In this document: piece by piece, positions 11,791 to 23,014 of the stretch
How the letters are laid out: each line of letters opens with the position of its first letter
Position numbering within the stretch: position 1 is the stretch's first letter
The notes under the pieces: generated by a model
The model's database searches: none
Seen by the model: only the letters and a program-made list of their open reading frames with translations
What the model was told of the DNA's origin: nothing
DNA from: Podarcis vaucheri
Lineage: Eukaryota
Direction: 5' to 3' (one strand)
DNA length: 64,000 nt
Assembly: GCA_965113315.1 (NCBI GenBank)
Contig: OZ220369.1
Position numbers and translations under genes: made by a program

Positions 11791-13847
11791 TGTGATACAA
11801 TTCAACCATCTCCTGCATCCAAAGAAGGATTCGTCTTATCCAAAACCCTTTTGACTTTTGTCAAAATCCCTTAAATGTCGCCTCCTGAAAAAACCCAAAC
11901 TGAACTTACTTGAATTTTATTATGAGTGAAACTCCAGTGACAAGTGTGGACAGAATTATAGGGTTGTATCCAGCATTAGCCCTATGCAGAGTACACCCTT
12001 TGATGTTCAGGGGCATGACTAAATTAGGTTCATTAAGTTCAATGGGTCTACTCAGAGTAGGGCTTAGTTTGATTCAATCCATACTTCTTTTCAGAAAGAG
12101 TACTAGGGTTGTTATTGTACGAGTCTCTCCATATGCACACGGCAGAAGTGCAAAGACACTTCTGCACTCCTTCGAAGCCTAGCTGTAGATGTGCCCTTAG
12201 GGGGTCTGTAAGCTTGCGTTTTCTTACAAGCCACCCTAAGCCTGCCTGCCATCAGCACCTCTTCTTCTCCCACTCCAGATATGTTCCGTCTGTGTGGCAG
12301 CTGCAATTTACCTGTCATTCATTCTGGCTGCTAATTATGACTACCCAAGATGGCTTAAGACACTATCATGCTGCCTGGTGCTTTTTACAAGCTGCCTACG
12401 AAAGATTTATCCTAGACAAAATTGGCAGGCGTGAAGATGGTGCCACCTCCACCTGGTATGTGCATGTCACATAACACACACTTCTCCTCTCGCACGCACA
12501 CTCTCTCGTCCACATGCATGCCCAGAAAAAAATTAATAGATAGATAAAGCCCGTCAGACATTTGAAGCATCCATTATTGCATAAGTGGGCTGTGTACAGT
12601 AATTTACTGTAGGAAAAGCACAACTCAATGGTCAGAAAACATCACCATCATCTGTACCAGAAAACCTCAGGAGATAACGTCATCTCATCTGAGTGACTCT
12701 CCCAAACGCAAAATCATATATCCCCAGCAGCAGAAACCACACAGAAGTTGTTATAAAAGCAAGCACGCATCCTTTCAACATTATCCCTTGGCACAATACT
12801 TGTTCGGAACCCAAGCGCTGCATCTCCTATGGGGAAAGTTTGCACGACATGCTTGAGAGATGCTACCTTGACAGTACCTACTCCACCACTGCCCCAAATC
12901 TGAGAATGAGTTCTACTACCCCACATACTCCAAAGCCCCAGTATTCGAACTCTGCTTTCATTATTTTCTGGCTATGAATGGGATGTGATTTACCAGAGAT
13001 ACATGTTCCGTAAAGCAATCAGCAAAACAAAGCAAAAACAAAACACTTCTCCCCAAACCACAAGTCTTGTTCTGAGGAACCTGCTTCGGAAAGGAACTAT
13101 TCATCTCTGATCAAGAGGAAAAGCTTCATATTTTTCCAGGCAAAGAGGTTCACATCTTGATAACATGAGTCACTGAACAGAGCAGAGAAACCCATGCACA
13201 CATACTTTTTACCCAAGATACATATATATAAATAACCACAGCTATCAACCTTGGCAAAAGCAAGGGAGAATAGGTCTGCCCTAGTTTACTCGCAGCCTTC
13301 TCACTTTAAAAGAAATTGCAGAAAATCTACCATGAGAGAGATTAAATCCACCTACTGTGTTTCTGCGGTAGGGTTCCTAAATCCATTGTCTTCTTATAGC
13401 GATAAGACTTTGTTGTTGTTGTTGTTGTTGTTCAATTGCCTAGATTAGAATATAAATACTCCAGGCATTATCTCTCTCTTTTTCCTCGCTCGCTTGCTCA
13501 CTTTCCCTTGCTGGAGCTCGGGAGTCAGCACTGTATGAGAAGGTAGTTTAAATTTCATCCCATTTATTAGCTCAGCCACTGAGGAGTCGCTGTCAGCTCC
13601 CCTTCTCTCACTCGCTCTTGATGTTGCATGCGTCTCTGCGATGCACAGCACTGGAGGAGCAGAGGGAGTGGGGGCTCAGCAAAAACATTTCGGCTTCTTC
13701 TATATTTATTTTGTTGTGTTGATTAACACTTTCCGAGCAGAGAGATGCTTCCTTTGCCCCAGCGAGTTGTTATCAGAATCTGCCACTCGGGGAATGAAAG
13801 CCCTAGGAGAATAGGAGGCTGCTTTGAACTGAGTTAGACCATTGGTC

Positions 13848-13980
13848 ACAGAATCATGTAAATGTAGGGTTGCAAGAGATTCCAAGGGCCATCTAGTCCA
13901 GCCCCCTGAAATGCAAGAATCACAGCTAAACAACCTCTGACAAATGGACATCCAATCTCTGTTTAAAAGCCTCCAATCGT
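13848..13980 (-). mobile_element. CR1 LINE 3' end
   Basis: gaatcatg...tctagtccagccccctg...aacctctgacaaatggacatccaatctctgtttaaaagcctcc; matches the CR1 ends at 19300-19420 and 35725. Confidence 0.75.
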
Positions 13981-14022
13981 TGACATAGCATGGGGGCAGT
14001 TGCCCTAGGTGCAAAATTGTTA

Positions 14023-14372
14023 AAGGTAAAGGGACCCCTGATCATTAGGTCCAGTCGTGACCGACTCTGGGGTTGTGGTGCTCATCTCGCTTTATTGGCC
14101 AAGGGAGCCAGCATACAGCTTCCGGGTCATGTGGCCAGCATGACTAAGCCGCTTCTGGCGAACCAGAGCAGCGCACGGAAATGCCGTTTACCTTCCCGCC
14201 GGAGCAGAACCTATTTATCTACTTGCACTTTGACGTGCTTTTGAACTGCTAGGTTGGCAGGAGCAGGGACGGAACAATGGGAGCTCACCCTGTCATAGGG
14301 ATTCGAACCGCCAACCTTCTGATCAGCAAGCCCTAGGCTCTGTGGTTTAACCCACAGCGCCACCCGCGTCCC
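14023..14372 (-). mobile_element. Sauria SINE, full length
   Basis: Complete body ending cacccgcgtccc; 13-bp TSD tgcaaaattgtta at 14010-14022 and 14373-14385. Confidence 0.95.
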
Positions 14373-14639
14373 TGCAAAATTGTTACGGGGCCTATCTCCA
14401 GGAAGGCCTGTGGCTGGTGATCCTGACAGCCTGTCCAGAGAGTTACACTTGCCATACCTCTGTCCATAAAACAGGGACTTGAGGGGCTTCTTTTTAAATC
14501 ACATAATTAACACAGAGAGGTGTCATCAAGCAGAGCAAATGCTTAACCCCCTAAGAACTTAAGAAGAGCCCCATTGCATCAGGATAAAGGCCAATTTCAC
14601 CCAGAGCCCCTGGAGTGGGGGTTTGGAAGAACTCTGGAA

Positions 14640-14802
14640 GCCTGGATAGCTCAGTTGGTTAGAGTGTGGTGCTGATAATGCCAAGGTTGCAGGTTCAATC
14701 CCCGTATGGGTCAACTGCATATTCCTGCGTTGCAGAGGGTTGGACTAGATGATCCCCAGGATTCCTTCCAACTCTAGGATTCTCTGTTTCCATGATTCTA
14801 TG
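14640..14802 (+). mobile_element. tRNA-Ile-headed SINE with CR1-type tail
   Basis: tagctcagttggttagagtgtggtgctGATaatgccaaggttgcaggttcaatccccgtatggg then ttcctgcgttgcagagggttggactagatgat...ccttccaactct. Confidence 0.9.
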
Positions 14803-15234
14803 CATCTCTGCCCACAACTCCCACTGTGGGTACTGGGAACCGGTGTGCCAATTGTCAAGTGCACATCTCCACATCTGCATTTTAGGAATGACACCCCAGC
14901 AGAGAAGACTTCTGTTGTCTCCTTAAGTGAACAAATTAGAAAACAATTATTGCTGGAATGAAACCAAGCAGTTTAAACTGAATCGACAAACAAACATTCA
15001 CTGATCCAATTATAAGTTGGTTTTCGTCTTCTTTTCTTTTTTGTCTCATAAGCATCTGCTCGTAAAAATATTTTTTCCTTCGGAATAAAAACAAGGCAGA
15101 GCTTGGAACCAAAACACTCCCCCTTAGTCTTTGTGATCTTCCTGGCTTCTAGAGGAATGGTGCTGCCTGAAATCTAAAATGCACAGGAGAAAAGGTTCTT
15201 GCAGCAATTCAAGCAGGCTACCTGCCCCATTGAT

Positions 15235-16135
15235 CATTGTCCATCTTGGATCATAAAAGCTAGCAAAGGTGGCATGGCTAGGTGGGTCCACAGTGTGATT
15301 AATGCATCACTGCATGAGGATGAGGTTCCTGATGCTCTGAAGGAGGCAATAGTGAGCTCCTTCTCGAAGACTCTTTGATTTATAACAACGATTGTAAAGG
15401 TATTGAAAAGGGGGAGGCATTGGCTACTGACAACATACCACACCTGTGTTGAGGGAGCTGCATTTTCTGCCTGCACACTACTGAATTATCCTCACGGTCT
15501 TACTACTAGTCTTATAAACCCCTGAGCAGCCTGGGGCCAGGGTTCTTAAAAGATCCTTTTACAGCAGAACCTCGGCTTACGTTACCCTTGGGTAACATAA
15601 ACTTTGGGTTGCAAAAGTGGCAAATGTGGTAGTGTTTTTCCGGGTTTTGCCACTCGCACATGCGCAGAAGCTCGCTACGCACCGTGCGCATGCGCAGAAC
15701 AGGCACCTCCGGATGTGGAAACCTCATGATCCTACCAGAGCTCCGGAATGGATCCCGTCCGCAACTGGAGGTACCACTGTATACGCTCCCTCCTGCCTAG
15801 CAGTGTCAAACTGTCCTCAGCTAGAGATTGTGCATTTAGTGTGGTGGTGCCAGGGCTATGGAACTCCCTGCCTCATGAAATCAAGTTAGCGTAATCTGTA
15901 ATATGTTTTAGGCACCAACTTAAGGGCTTGGTTATTTCATCAAGCCTGCTTCTGAAAACAATTTACTGCTTTTTTATAACCTTCTTGGTCGGATGACCCA
16001 TTCTGTGCTTGTGTTTCTTTTGATGTGTTTTGCTTTGATTTTACTTGTTACATTGCTTTGGTTTTAAATGAGGTCTTGTACACTGCATAGACATATTTAA
16101 ATGAGCCTGCAGAAAATAAATGAATAAATAATAAC
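15235..16135 (+). mobile_element. L2-clade LINE remnants, split by a MITE
   Basis: Encodes CPSWIIKASKGG...VINASLHEDEVPDALKEAIV (L2 pre-RT motif); L2-like 3' UTR and (ATAA)n tail near 16115. Confidence 0.6.
15562..15779. mobile_element. Tc1/mariner (Tigger-like) MITE
   Basis: TA-flanked cagcagaacctc ... gaggtaccactg. Confidence 0.8.
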
Positions 16136-16224
16136 AGATAGTTATGAAAGCTAGTCATGGAAGCTTCCTCTGGGTTCTCGTTTAGGACTCAGCTGATCAC
16201 TAAAACAGAGGGGTTTTTAAAAAT

Positions 16225-16885
16225 ATATTATGTGGGCAAAACGTTTTGGTGCCTGCCTTCATCAGTTGCTTTGATAAAAATGAACTGATGTTGTTTCCAA
16301 GGTGGAAGCTGTAGAGCTTTAGGGATAAAATGTTGAGAAGGGCTGAAGTTAAGTGAGGCTGGTTGAGGCCATGCACTGTAAATGAGCCCAGTGTGTATAT
16401 CCAGAAATTCTCTCTCTTTGCTAACATTGTTGGACCTGTTGGCATCTTCGTAACAATAATCGATAAGTCCGTCAGACTGTGGTTCTCAGAACTGAAGTGT
16501 TTAGCAACTCCAGGTTTTTTTGGTCGGAATTGCACATTTGTGGTCTCTGAAGTGTGTGTGTAGGTCTGTTGCAGTTTTACCTATGCACTCTGGAGAGGTG
16601 GGCTTTGCGCTCAGTGATATAGATTACACTGCAGGATCTGCAGGTGAAGTTCTGTTTGATGTAGTATGTTCCACCTGGCCAGTTGGTTTTGAAAGTTACC
16701 GCCTCTATGTGATACACACAGGTGACACAACATTTGCAGTTACAAGGATGAGATCCTGGATGGCTAAGAGATGGCTTAATTACAGCTCTCATTGATAGTT
16801 TACATAGATCTGGAAGCTGGTGAAATGCTGTAACAGGAGGCTTGCTGATAACTTTAGCAATATGCCCAGAGCTGGCTAACAATGG
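16225..16885 (-). mobile_element. Penelope-like element, 3' part (degenerate GIY-YIG endonuclease and pLTR)
   Basis: Minus frames give KPPVTAF..., CNCKCCVTC, FTCRSCSVIY, CIGKTATDLHTHFRDHKC, VAKHFSSENHSLTDL and RENFWIYTLGSFTVHGLN, the Penelope linker and GIY-YIG pattern, broken by frameshifts. Confidence 0.88.
16236..16269 (-). ncRNA. Degenerate minimal hammerhead ribozyme
   Basis: Minus strand GCAA CUGAUGA aGGcaggcaCC AAAA CGUU UUGC; GAAA core reads AAAA. Confidence 0.7.
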
Positions 16886-16914
16886 GGAGCTTTCCTTGGC
16901 AGGTGACAGGAGAT

Positions 16915-17205
16915 GTTGTGTTGTCTACACAGACTGGCATTGGCTCTCCAGGGGTTCAGGCAGTGGTCGCTCCCAGCACTGCCTGGAGACGTTGGGAACT
17001 GAATTTGGGACCTTCTGCATGCAAAGCACTGAGCAGCAGCCCTTTTTCGAGATGCATTTGCTTGTAAAAGGTCCCAGGCTCCATCTCCAGCTTCTCAAGG
17101 TAGGAAAGATCCCCCTCTGAGACCCTGGAGAAGCCCTCTCTGTTGGTCAGTACTGAGCTAGGTAGACCAGTGGTCTGACTCAGGATAAGGCAAGTTCCTT
17201 ATGTG
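16915..17205. mobile_element. Two Squam2-like SINEs head to head (- then +)
   Basis: ttgtctacac...gggaccttctgcatgcaaagc, then aaggtcccagg...accctggaga...ggcaagttcctt. Confidence 0.65.
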
Positions 17206-17298
17206 GTCCATAAGGATCAGAGATTGTGGGAAACAATCCTGTTCTGGGTGCACAAAGATGTGGTAGTTCCAGCCTGCCCCTGCTCCACATGAATCTTA

Positions 17299-17684
17299 AA
17301 GGTAAAGGGACCCCTGACCATTTGGTCCAGTCGTGACCGACTCTGGGGTTGTGACGCTCATCTCGCTTTATTGGCCGAGGGAGCCAGCATACAGCTTCCG
17401 GGTCATGTGGCCAGCATGACTAAGCCACTTCTGGCAAACCAGAGCAGCACACGGAAACGCCGTTTACCTTCCTGCCAGAGTGGCACCTATTTATCTACTT
17501 GCACTTTGACATGCTTTCGAACTGCTAGGTTGGCAGAAGCAGGGACCGAGCAACAGGAGCTCACCCCGTCACGGGGATTCAAACCGCTGACCTTCTGATC
17601 GGCAAGTCCCAGGCTTCAAACCACTGACCTTCTGATCGGCAAGTCCCAGGCTCTGTGGTTTAACCCACAGAACCACCTGCGTCC
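17299..17684 (-). mobile_element. Sauria SINE with internal 37-bp tandem duplication
   Basis: TSD ctccacatga(a/c)tctta at 17283-17298 and 17685-17700; duplicated unit 17578-17614 / 17615-17651. Confidence 0.93.
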
Positions 17685-17719
17685 CTCCACATGACTCTTA
17701 GGTCCTCAAATAAAGGTTG

Positions 17720-17880
17720 CGTCTCATGCTTTGCATGCAGAAGGTCTCCAGGTAGGGCTGGAGACCTTCTGGGGAAGACTCCTGCCAGCATCTTAGGGAG
17801 CCAGTGCCAATCTGTGTACATAGACAATACCGAGCTGAATGGACCAGTGGTCTGATTCACTATAAAGCAACTTCCTATGC
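17720..17880 (+). mobile_element. Squam2-like SINE
   Basis: gctttgcatgcagaagg...tagacaataccgagct...gcaacttcctatg. Confidence 0.75.
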
Positions 17881-18479
17881 AGCAGCTTCCGTTTCTCTTT
17901 GATGCTTTCAATGGGCATTTCTCTGCTAAAATAAATGATTGGGGTTTTTTACTCATAGGTCGGTTGGTTGTTGTTTTTTGAAAGAGAGGGACCTTCCTCT
18001 TTTCTCCAATGGTTTGTGCTTAATCCAATGCTCTCTCGCTCTCCTGCTCTCAATGCTGCTTCTCCCCTGAGCGAAATGGCTGGGCAGGACAATCTGTTTC
18101 TCTTCTTGACCCATTTTTCCCCCTCCTGCAATTCTCCATAAAACCGCACAGCAGAAAAAGTGTTACCAAGAGATAGAAAGTGGTTTGTTTGTTTTCAAGA
18201 GCATCCTTGAACACTCAGGAGGTAAGGGGAGCTATACAGATAGAAAGAGTAAGAGTGAGATGCTTGCTGCTGGGTTTTCATGAGGACTTTTCTTTCTTTA
18301 ATTCCAAACTGATGTAGAAATGGGGAAAACTTAAGACCGGAATAATGAGAAACTGGGAGAATGCAAAACTGAAAGGTTCGCCTACCCCCGCTAGAGCCCA
18401 TAGCTCAAAAACTATACTAAAGTTATGCAGGGAGCACACCTGTCCGCTCTCTCTGTCCCTCTACCCACCAACTGTGAGG

Positions 18480-19420
18480 ATTCAACAATATGATGTAGCT
18501 GCATCAACAGAAATACAGTGCCCAGATCAAAGGACGTAATTCTGCCTTGGACAGACCCCACTTGGAGTACTGTGTCCAGTTCCAGGCACCGCAATTTAAG
18601 AATAGCATTGACAAGCTGGAAGGTGTGCAGAGGAGGGTGACCAAGATGATCAAGGGCCTGGAAACCAAGCCTTATGAGGAACGATTGAGGGTGCCAAGTA
18701 TGTTTAGGCTGAAGAGGGGACTGAGTGATGATAGGACAAGGTAAAGGTAAAGGGACCCCTGACCATTAGGTCCAGTCGTGGCCGACTCTGGGGTTGCTGC
18801 ACTCATCTCGCTTTATTGGCCGAGGGAGCCAGCGTACAGTTTCCGGGTCATGTGGCCGGTATGACTAAGCCGGTTCTGGCAAACCAGAGCAGCGCACGGA
18901 AACGCCGTTTACTTTCCCGCCAGAGCGGTACCTATTTATCTACTTGCACTTTGACGTGCTTTCGAACTGCTAGGTTGGCAGGAGCAGGGACCGAGCAACG
19001 GGAGCTCACCCCGTCACAGGGATTCGAACCGCCAACCTTCTGATTGGCAAGTCCTAGGTTCTGTGGTTTAACCCACAGCTCCACCCGCGCCCCAATGATA
19101 GGATAGCCATCTTCAAATATCTGAAGGGCTGTCATGTGGAAGATAGAGCAAGCTTGTTTGCTGCTGCTCAGAGGGTAGGGCCTGAACCAATGGATTCAAA
19201 TGACAGGAAGGAGATTATGACTAAACATGAGGAAGAACTTCCTGGTGGCAAGAGCTGTTTGGTAGTGCAACAGACTACTTCAGAAGGTGGTGGACTCTTC
19301 TTCATTGGATGTTTTTAAACAGAGGCTGGATGGCCATCTGTCAGGGATTCTTTAGCTGTGATTCCTGCATTGCAGAGGCTGGAGCTGTTGACCCTTCCAA
19401 CTCTACAGATCCACGATTCT
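18480..19420 (+). mobile_element. CR1 LINE 3' fragment interrupted by a Sauria SINE
   Basis: [42 protein letters not shown] is the CR1 ORF2 C-terminus; resumes at atagccatcttcaaatatctgaaggg and ends ccttccaactct...gattct. Confidence 0.92.
18739..19093 (-). mobile_element. Sauria SINE, full length, nested in CR1
   Basis: Complete body; TSD atgatagga at 18728-18736 and 19095-19103. Confidence 0.93.
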
Positions 19421-20294
19421 TTGAAATGCATTTGTAAAATAAAATCATGGCTTTCCAGCCTTGCTTCTTGCACCTCTCCTTACACCAAGTGAAGAGCTCT
19501 TAACTCTGTGGTTAAAGATCTGCCTTCCATACAAAAGCTCCTTGATTTGATCCCAAAAACCTCCCCCTGCCTGATATTGCTGGAGAGCTGCTGCCAGTCA
19601 GTGTTGGAAATACTTAGCTAAATGACCAGTGGTCTGGCTCTAACCCTAAACAAGCCCTTAATTTTTACTGTGGCCTCAATAAGCATGATGTTGCAAGAGG
19701 CAGTGGGCAGGGAGAAAGGCTGTGATGATTCTCACATCCATTACATGGGTTATCCTGTAACATGACTGAATGAGGAAAGGTTGTTACTCCCTGACAAATT
19801 TCTGCTCAGCTAGCGTTATCTCTAAGGAGTTGTGAAGATCTTGGTCATTAAATGTGAATAAGTCTGTCAATCAAGTCTACTGGCAAAACAATACAATATT
19901 TAGAAACATTAAACAGTGAGAGCCACCCTTTTGCTTTTCCTCTCTCATACAGTGCCTCTTGCATGAATTATTCGTGTCTACTGATAGTTCTGGTGAATTT
20001 AGCCCCATAAAGTCGCCGAATGCAGCCATAACCAAGCTATTCTTAGCAAATCTGCCTTGTGACATAGACTGGTCCCTGATTTACATTTAAACTCTGGTAA
20101 ATAGTGTTTTCGATCTCTCTCAGCCCTCCTCTCTTTCCCCCCCAACAAAATCTGTGCTGTATTGAACAAAAGCCAGGGTCTCAAAGGATCACTCGTTCAC
20201 CAACGGCCTTTTCTATCCTGGAAAGACTTTCCCCTGGGCCAGGCTTGTGCCAGTCGTCATTCATCACAAAGGTAGATGAAACAAGGAGCTGCCT

Positions 20295-20331
20295 TGTTTG
20301 TTTGTTTGTTTGTTTGTTTGTTTGTTTGTTT
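20295..20331. repeat. (GTTT)n microsatellite
   Basis: Seen directly. Confidence 0.95.
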
Positions 20332-20594
20332 ACTTTCTAGTTTATTTTTAAATTTTTATGCTGCTTAATACGGTAAAAGGTCCCTGTTTACATAAAAACA
20401 CAAGCAATGTTTAATGAAGTTTCCCAAAACAAAATAAAAACAAAACACAACTGTATGACACAAATAAAAAGAATTGTTGGGCAGTTCCTCCTTGGGTTGA
20501 AAAGAGTCTGAAAGATACAAGACTTCACCGCGCAATCCGTACCCAAGATCTTCTAGGATTTGCAAGTTTGCAAGAGGTGTATCTCCAGCTTAGC

Positions 20595-20723
20595 AAGATA
20601 GCTCAGTTGGCAGAGCACGAGACTCTTAATCTCAGAGTCATGGGTTCAAGCCATACGTTGGGCAAAAAAAATCCTGCTTTGCAGGGGGCTGGACTAGATG
20701 ATCCTCAGGGTGCCTTCTGTGAT
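20595..20723 (+). mobile_element. tRNA-Lys(CTT)-headed SINE with CR1-type tail
   Basis: tagctcagttggcagagcacgagactCTTaatctcagagtcatgggttcaagcc...gttgggc plus tcctgctttgcagggggctggactagatgat; TSD tccagcttagc at 20584-20594 and 20724-20734. Confidence 0.9.
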
Positions 20724-21706
20724 TCCAGCTTAGCTGAAGATACACTGGGATAAGGCCCCCATTCCAGATTAGCTGAGGCAAGTCCTTGAAAAGGGGGTGG
20801 GGAAGGGCAGAGGGAGAGGTATGCCACTCTCAAACCCCTTTCAGCTCAGCCTCAGGACCTAACAACCCAGAGAAAACTACACTGGTAAGAAAATTGATAC
20901 GATTCTGTTTTAAAGGCTTGTTTTCTCTCTGTCAGGCTCCTGAACATAATTTGGAATAGGGGTAACTGCCGGCTGCCTGTAGTTAGGGTTGCTTTGCTCA
21001 GTAGCAAATTAAAATCAAAGCAGAACACTATCTTGGAAACTATAGAATACACTCAGATCAGAAGCAATTTCTTGACTACTATTGGACAAAAACAGCCTTG
21101 CCTCTATGAATATTCAGTAATGGATTTGCTACACATCCAATAGCTTTTCCCGGTGTTCAAAATTCCACTTCGTACCTTTCTCCTTCCTCGCTCGTTCGTG
21201 GGAACTGATTAATAGAGAGCATTCCTAAATGTACTTGACTAAATTTCAAAGTGTACCAAATAAATTACAGCCTATACATAGACACTAATCAATTGCTCAA
21301 TTACATTAACCAAAGCACAGCAAATGTGGAGAGAATTTAATCTCCTGTTGCGGGAGACCCATTACTGCTCCACTGACATTAATTTATACATATATACATA
21401 TTGCAGCTTGTCAGCTACACGCATGCATGCAGACTTACACACACACATCAGGCATCCCAATGCCTTAAGAGCTTCCTAATGGTTTATGGTGCTTTAATGG
21501 ATCCCCATGCGCAACCAGTTACTGTCACTCTTGCTCAACAAACCCTTCAAGCTGCTAATAACCATAGAAACTGCCAATAAGAAAGAAAGAGGACCTTTCA
21601 GATAAGTGTGTTTGAGTGCAAGATTGTTTGGATATGAGAGAGTCTAATATCCCCCGTTCTGCCATGAGAATAACTTGGCAGCTACGAGAGCCAGTATGGT
21701 CTAGTG

Positions 21707-22454
21707 CAGGCATGTCCAACAGGTAGATTGTGATCTACTGGTAGAGCAAAGCAGAGACATCACCTTACAAACAAAGGTCTGTATAGTTAAAGCCATGGTT
21801 TTCTCAGTAGTGATTTATGGAAGTGAAAGCTGGACCATAAAGAAGGCTGATCACGGAAGAATTTGTGCTTTTGAATTATGGTGCTGGAGGAGACTCTTGA
21901 GAGTCCCACCGACTGCAAAAAGATCAAACCTCTCCATTCTTAAGGAAATCAGCCCTGAGTGCTCACTGGAAGGACAGATCGTGAAGCCAAGGCTCCAATA
22001 CTTTGGCCACCTCATGAGAAGAGAAGACTCCCTGGAAAAGACCCTGATGTTGGGAAAGATGGAGGGCACAAGGAGAAGGGGACGACAGAGGACGAGATGG
22101 TTGGACAGTGTTCTCGAAGCTACCAACATGAGTCTGACCAAACTGCGGGAGGCAGTGGAAGACAGGAGTGCCTGCAGTGCTCTGGTCCATGGGGTCACGA
22201 AGAGTTGGACACGACTAAACGACTAAACAACAGCAACTGGTAGAGCACTGGATGTTTGTGGTAGATCACTGGCAGATCACTGGCTCCTCCCAAAGAAGCT
22301 CAACAACTTTGGCTCCCCTAAAAAAAGCTCAAAACAGGGCCTTCCTTCCTAAAAACTCAACAACTTTGACCTGAACCCCCCAAAATGGAGTAGATCACTG
22401 CCAGTTTTTAACTCTGTGAGTAGATCGCAATCCCTTGGGAGGTGGCCACCCCTG
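21707..22454. mobile_element. hAT-type non-autonomous transposon containing a Bov-B insert
   Basis: Ends caggcatgtccaac / ggtggccacccctg; 8-bp TSD gtctagtg at 21699-21706 and 22455-22462. Confidence 0.88.
21749..22235 (+). mobile_element. Bov-B (RTE) LINE 3' fragment
   Basis: MVFSVVIYGSESWTIKKAD...FELWCWRRLLRVP...LEKTLMLGK...GRQRTRWLD; tail gactaaacaac; 12-bp TSD actggtagagca at 21737-21748 and 22236-22247. Confidence 0.95.
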
Positions 22455-22563
22455 GTCTAGTGGTTAAGAGTGCTGGACTCTGACCTGGGAGACCAGGGTT
22501 CAAATCCCCACTCAGCCATGAATCTCACTGAGTGGCCTTCAGCCAGTTCCCTCTCAGCCTAAC

Positions 22564-23014
22564 TGTCAGGGAACTGCCATCAGAAGAGGGGGGGAGGCAG
22601 GGGGGCCACTGGGATACAGAGAGCCTCCGAAACTCCTGTGGAGCAGTTCCTCTTCCAGCGATGGGAAAAGAGAAGAGAGGGAAGGGGCCAGCCAAGTGAG
22701 GGAAGGGCCCGAGGATGCTGCTGAGAGCCCCAGCACCTCGCTTCGCCAGGCTGGCCAGGAGGGACGCACGCCACTTCCGTCGCCCAGCTTGCACGGAGGG
22801 ATGAAACGCAAGGAGGGGAGGAGGCGGCTTGGGGTGCTGAAGTTCTTATGTTCAAGGAGAAGCCGGAAGGGGCCACTCCCGGATTCTGCAAGTGACTAAG
22901 ACAGACATGAACTTTGTAGATCTGCACTGTAAATAGTTTGCACAATAAAACCTATAAAAGACAGGTCAGCGTCCTGACTGGTTACTCACGAGCAGCCACC
23001 AGCAGCACCTGACA
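22564..23014 (+). mobile_element. Solo LTR (about 451 bp)
   Basis: Termini TGTCAGG...CCTGACA; AATAAA at about 22944; GC-rich interior; sits inside the Squam3-like SINE. Confidence 0.8.

Noticed and set aside
14640-14713. Functional tRNA-Ile(GAT) gene (also the tRNA-Lys and tRNA-Asn look-alikes)
   Set aside because: Stems carry mismatches, there is no poly-T terminator, and each runs into a CR1-type tail; these are SINE heads.
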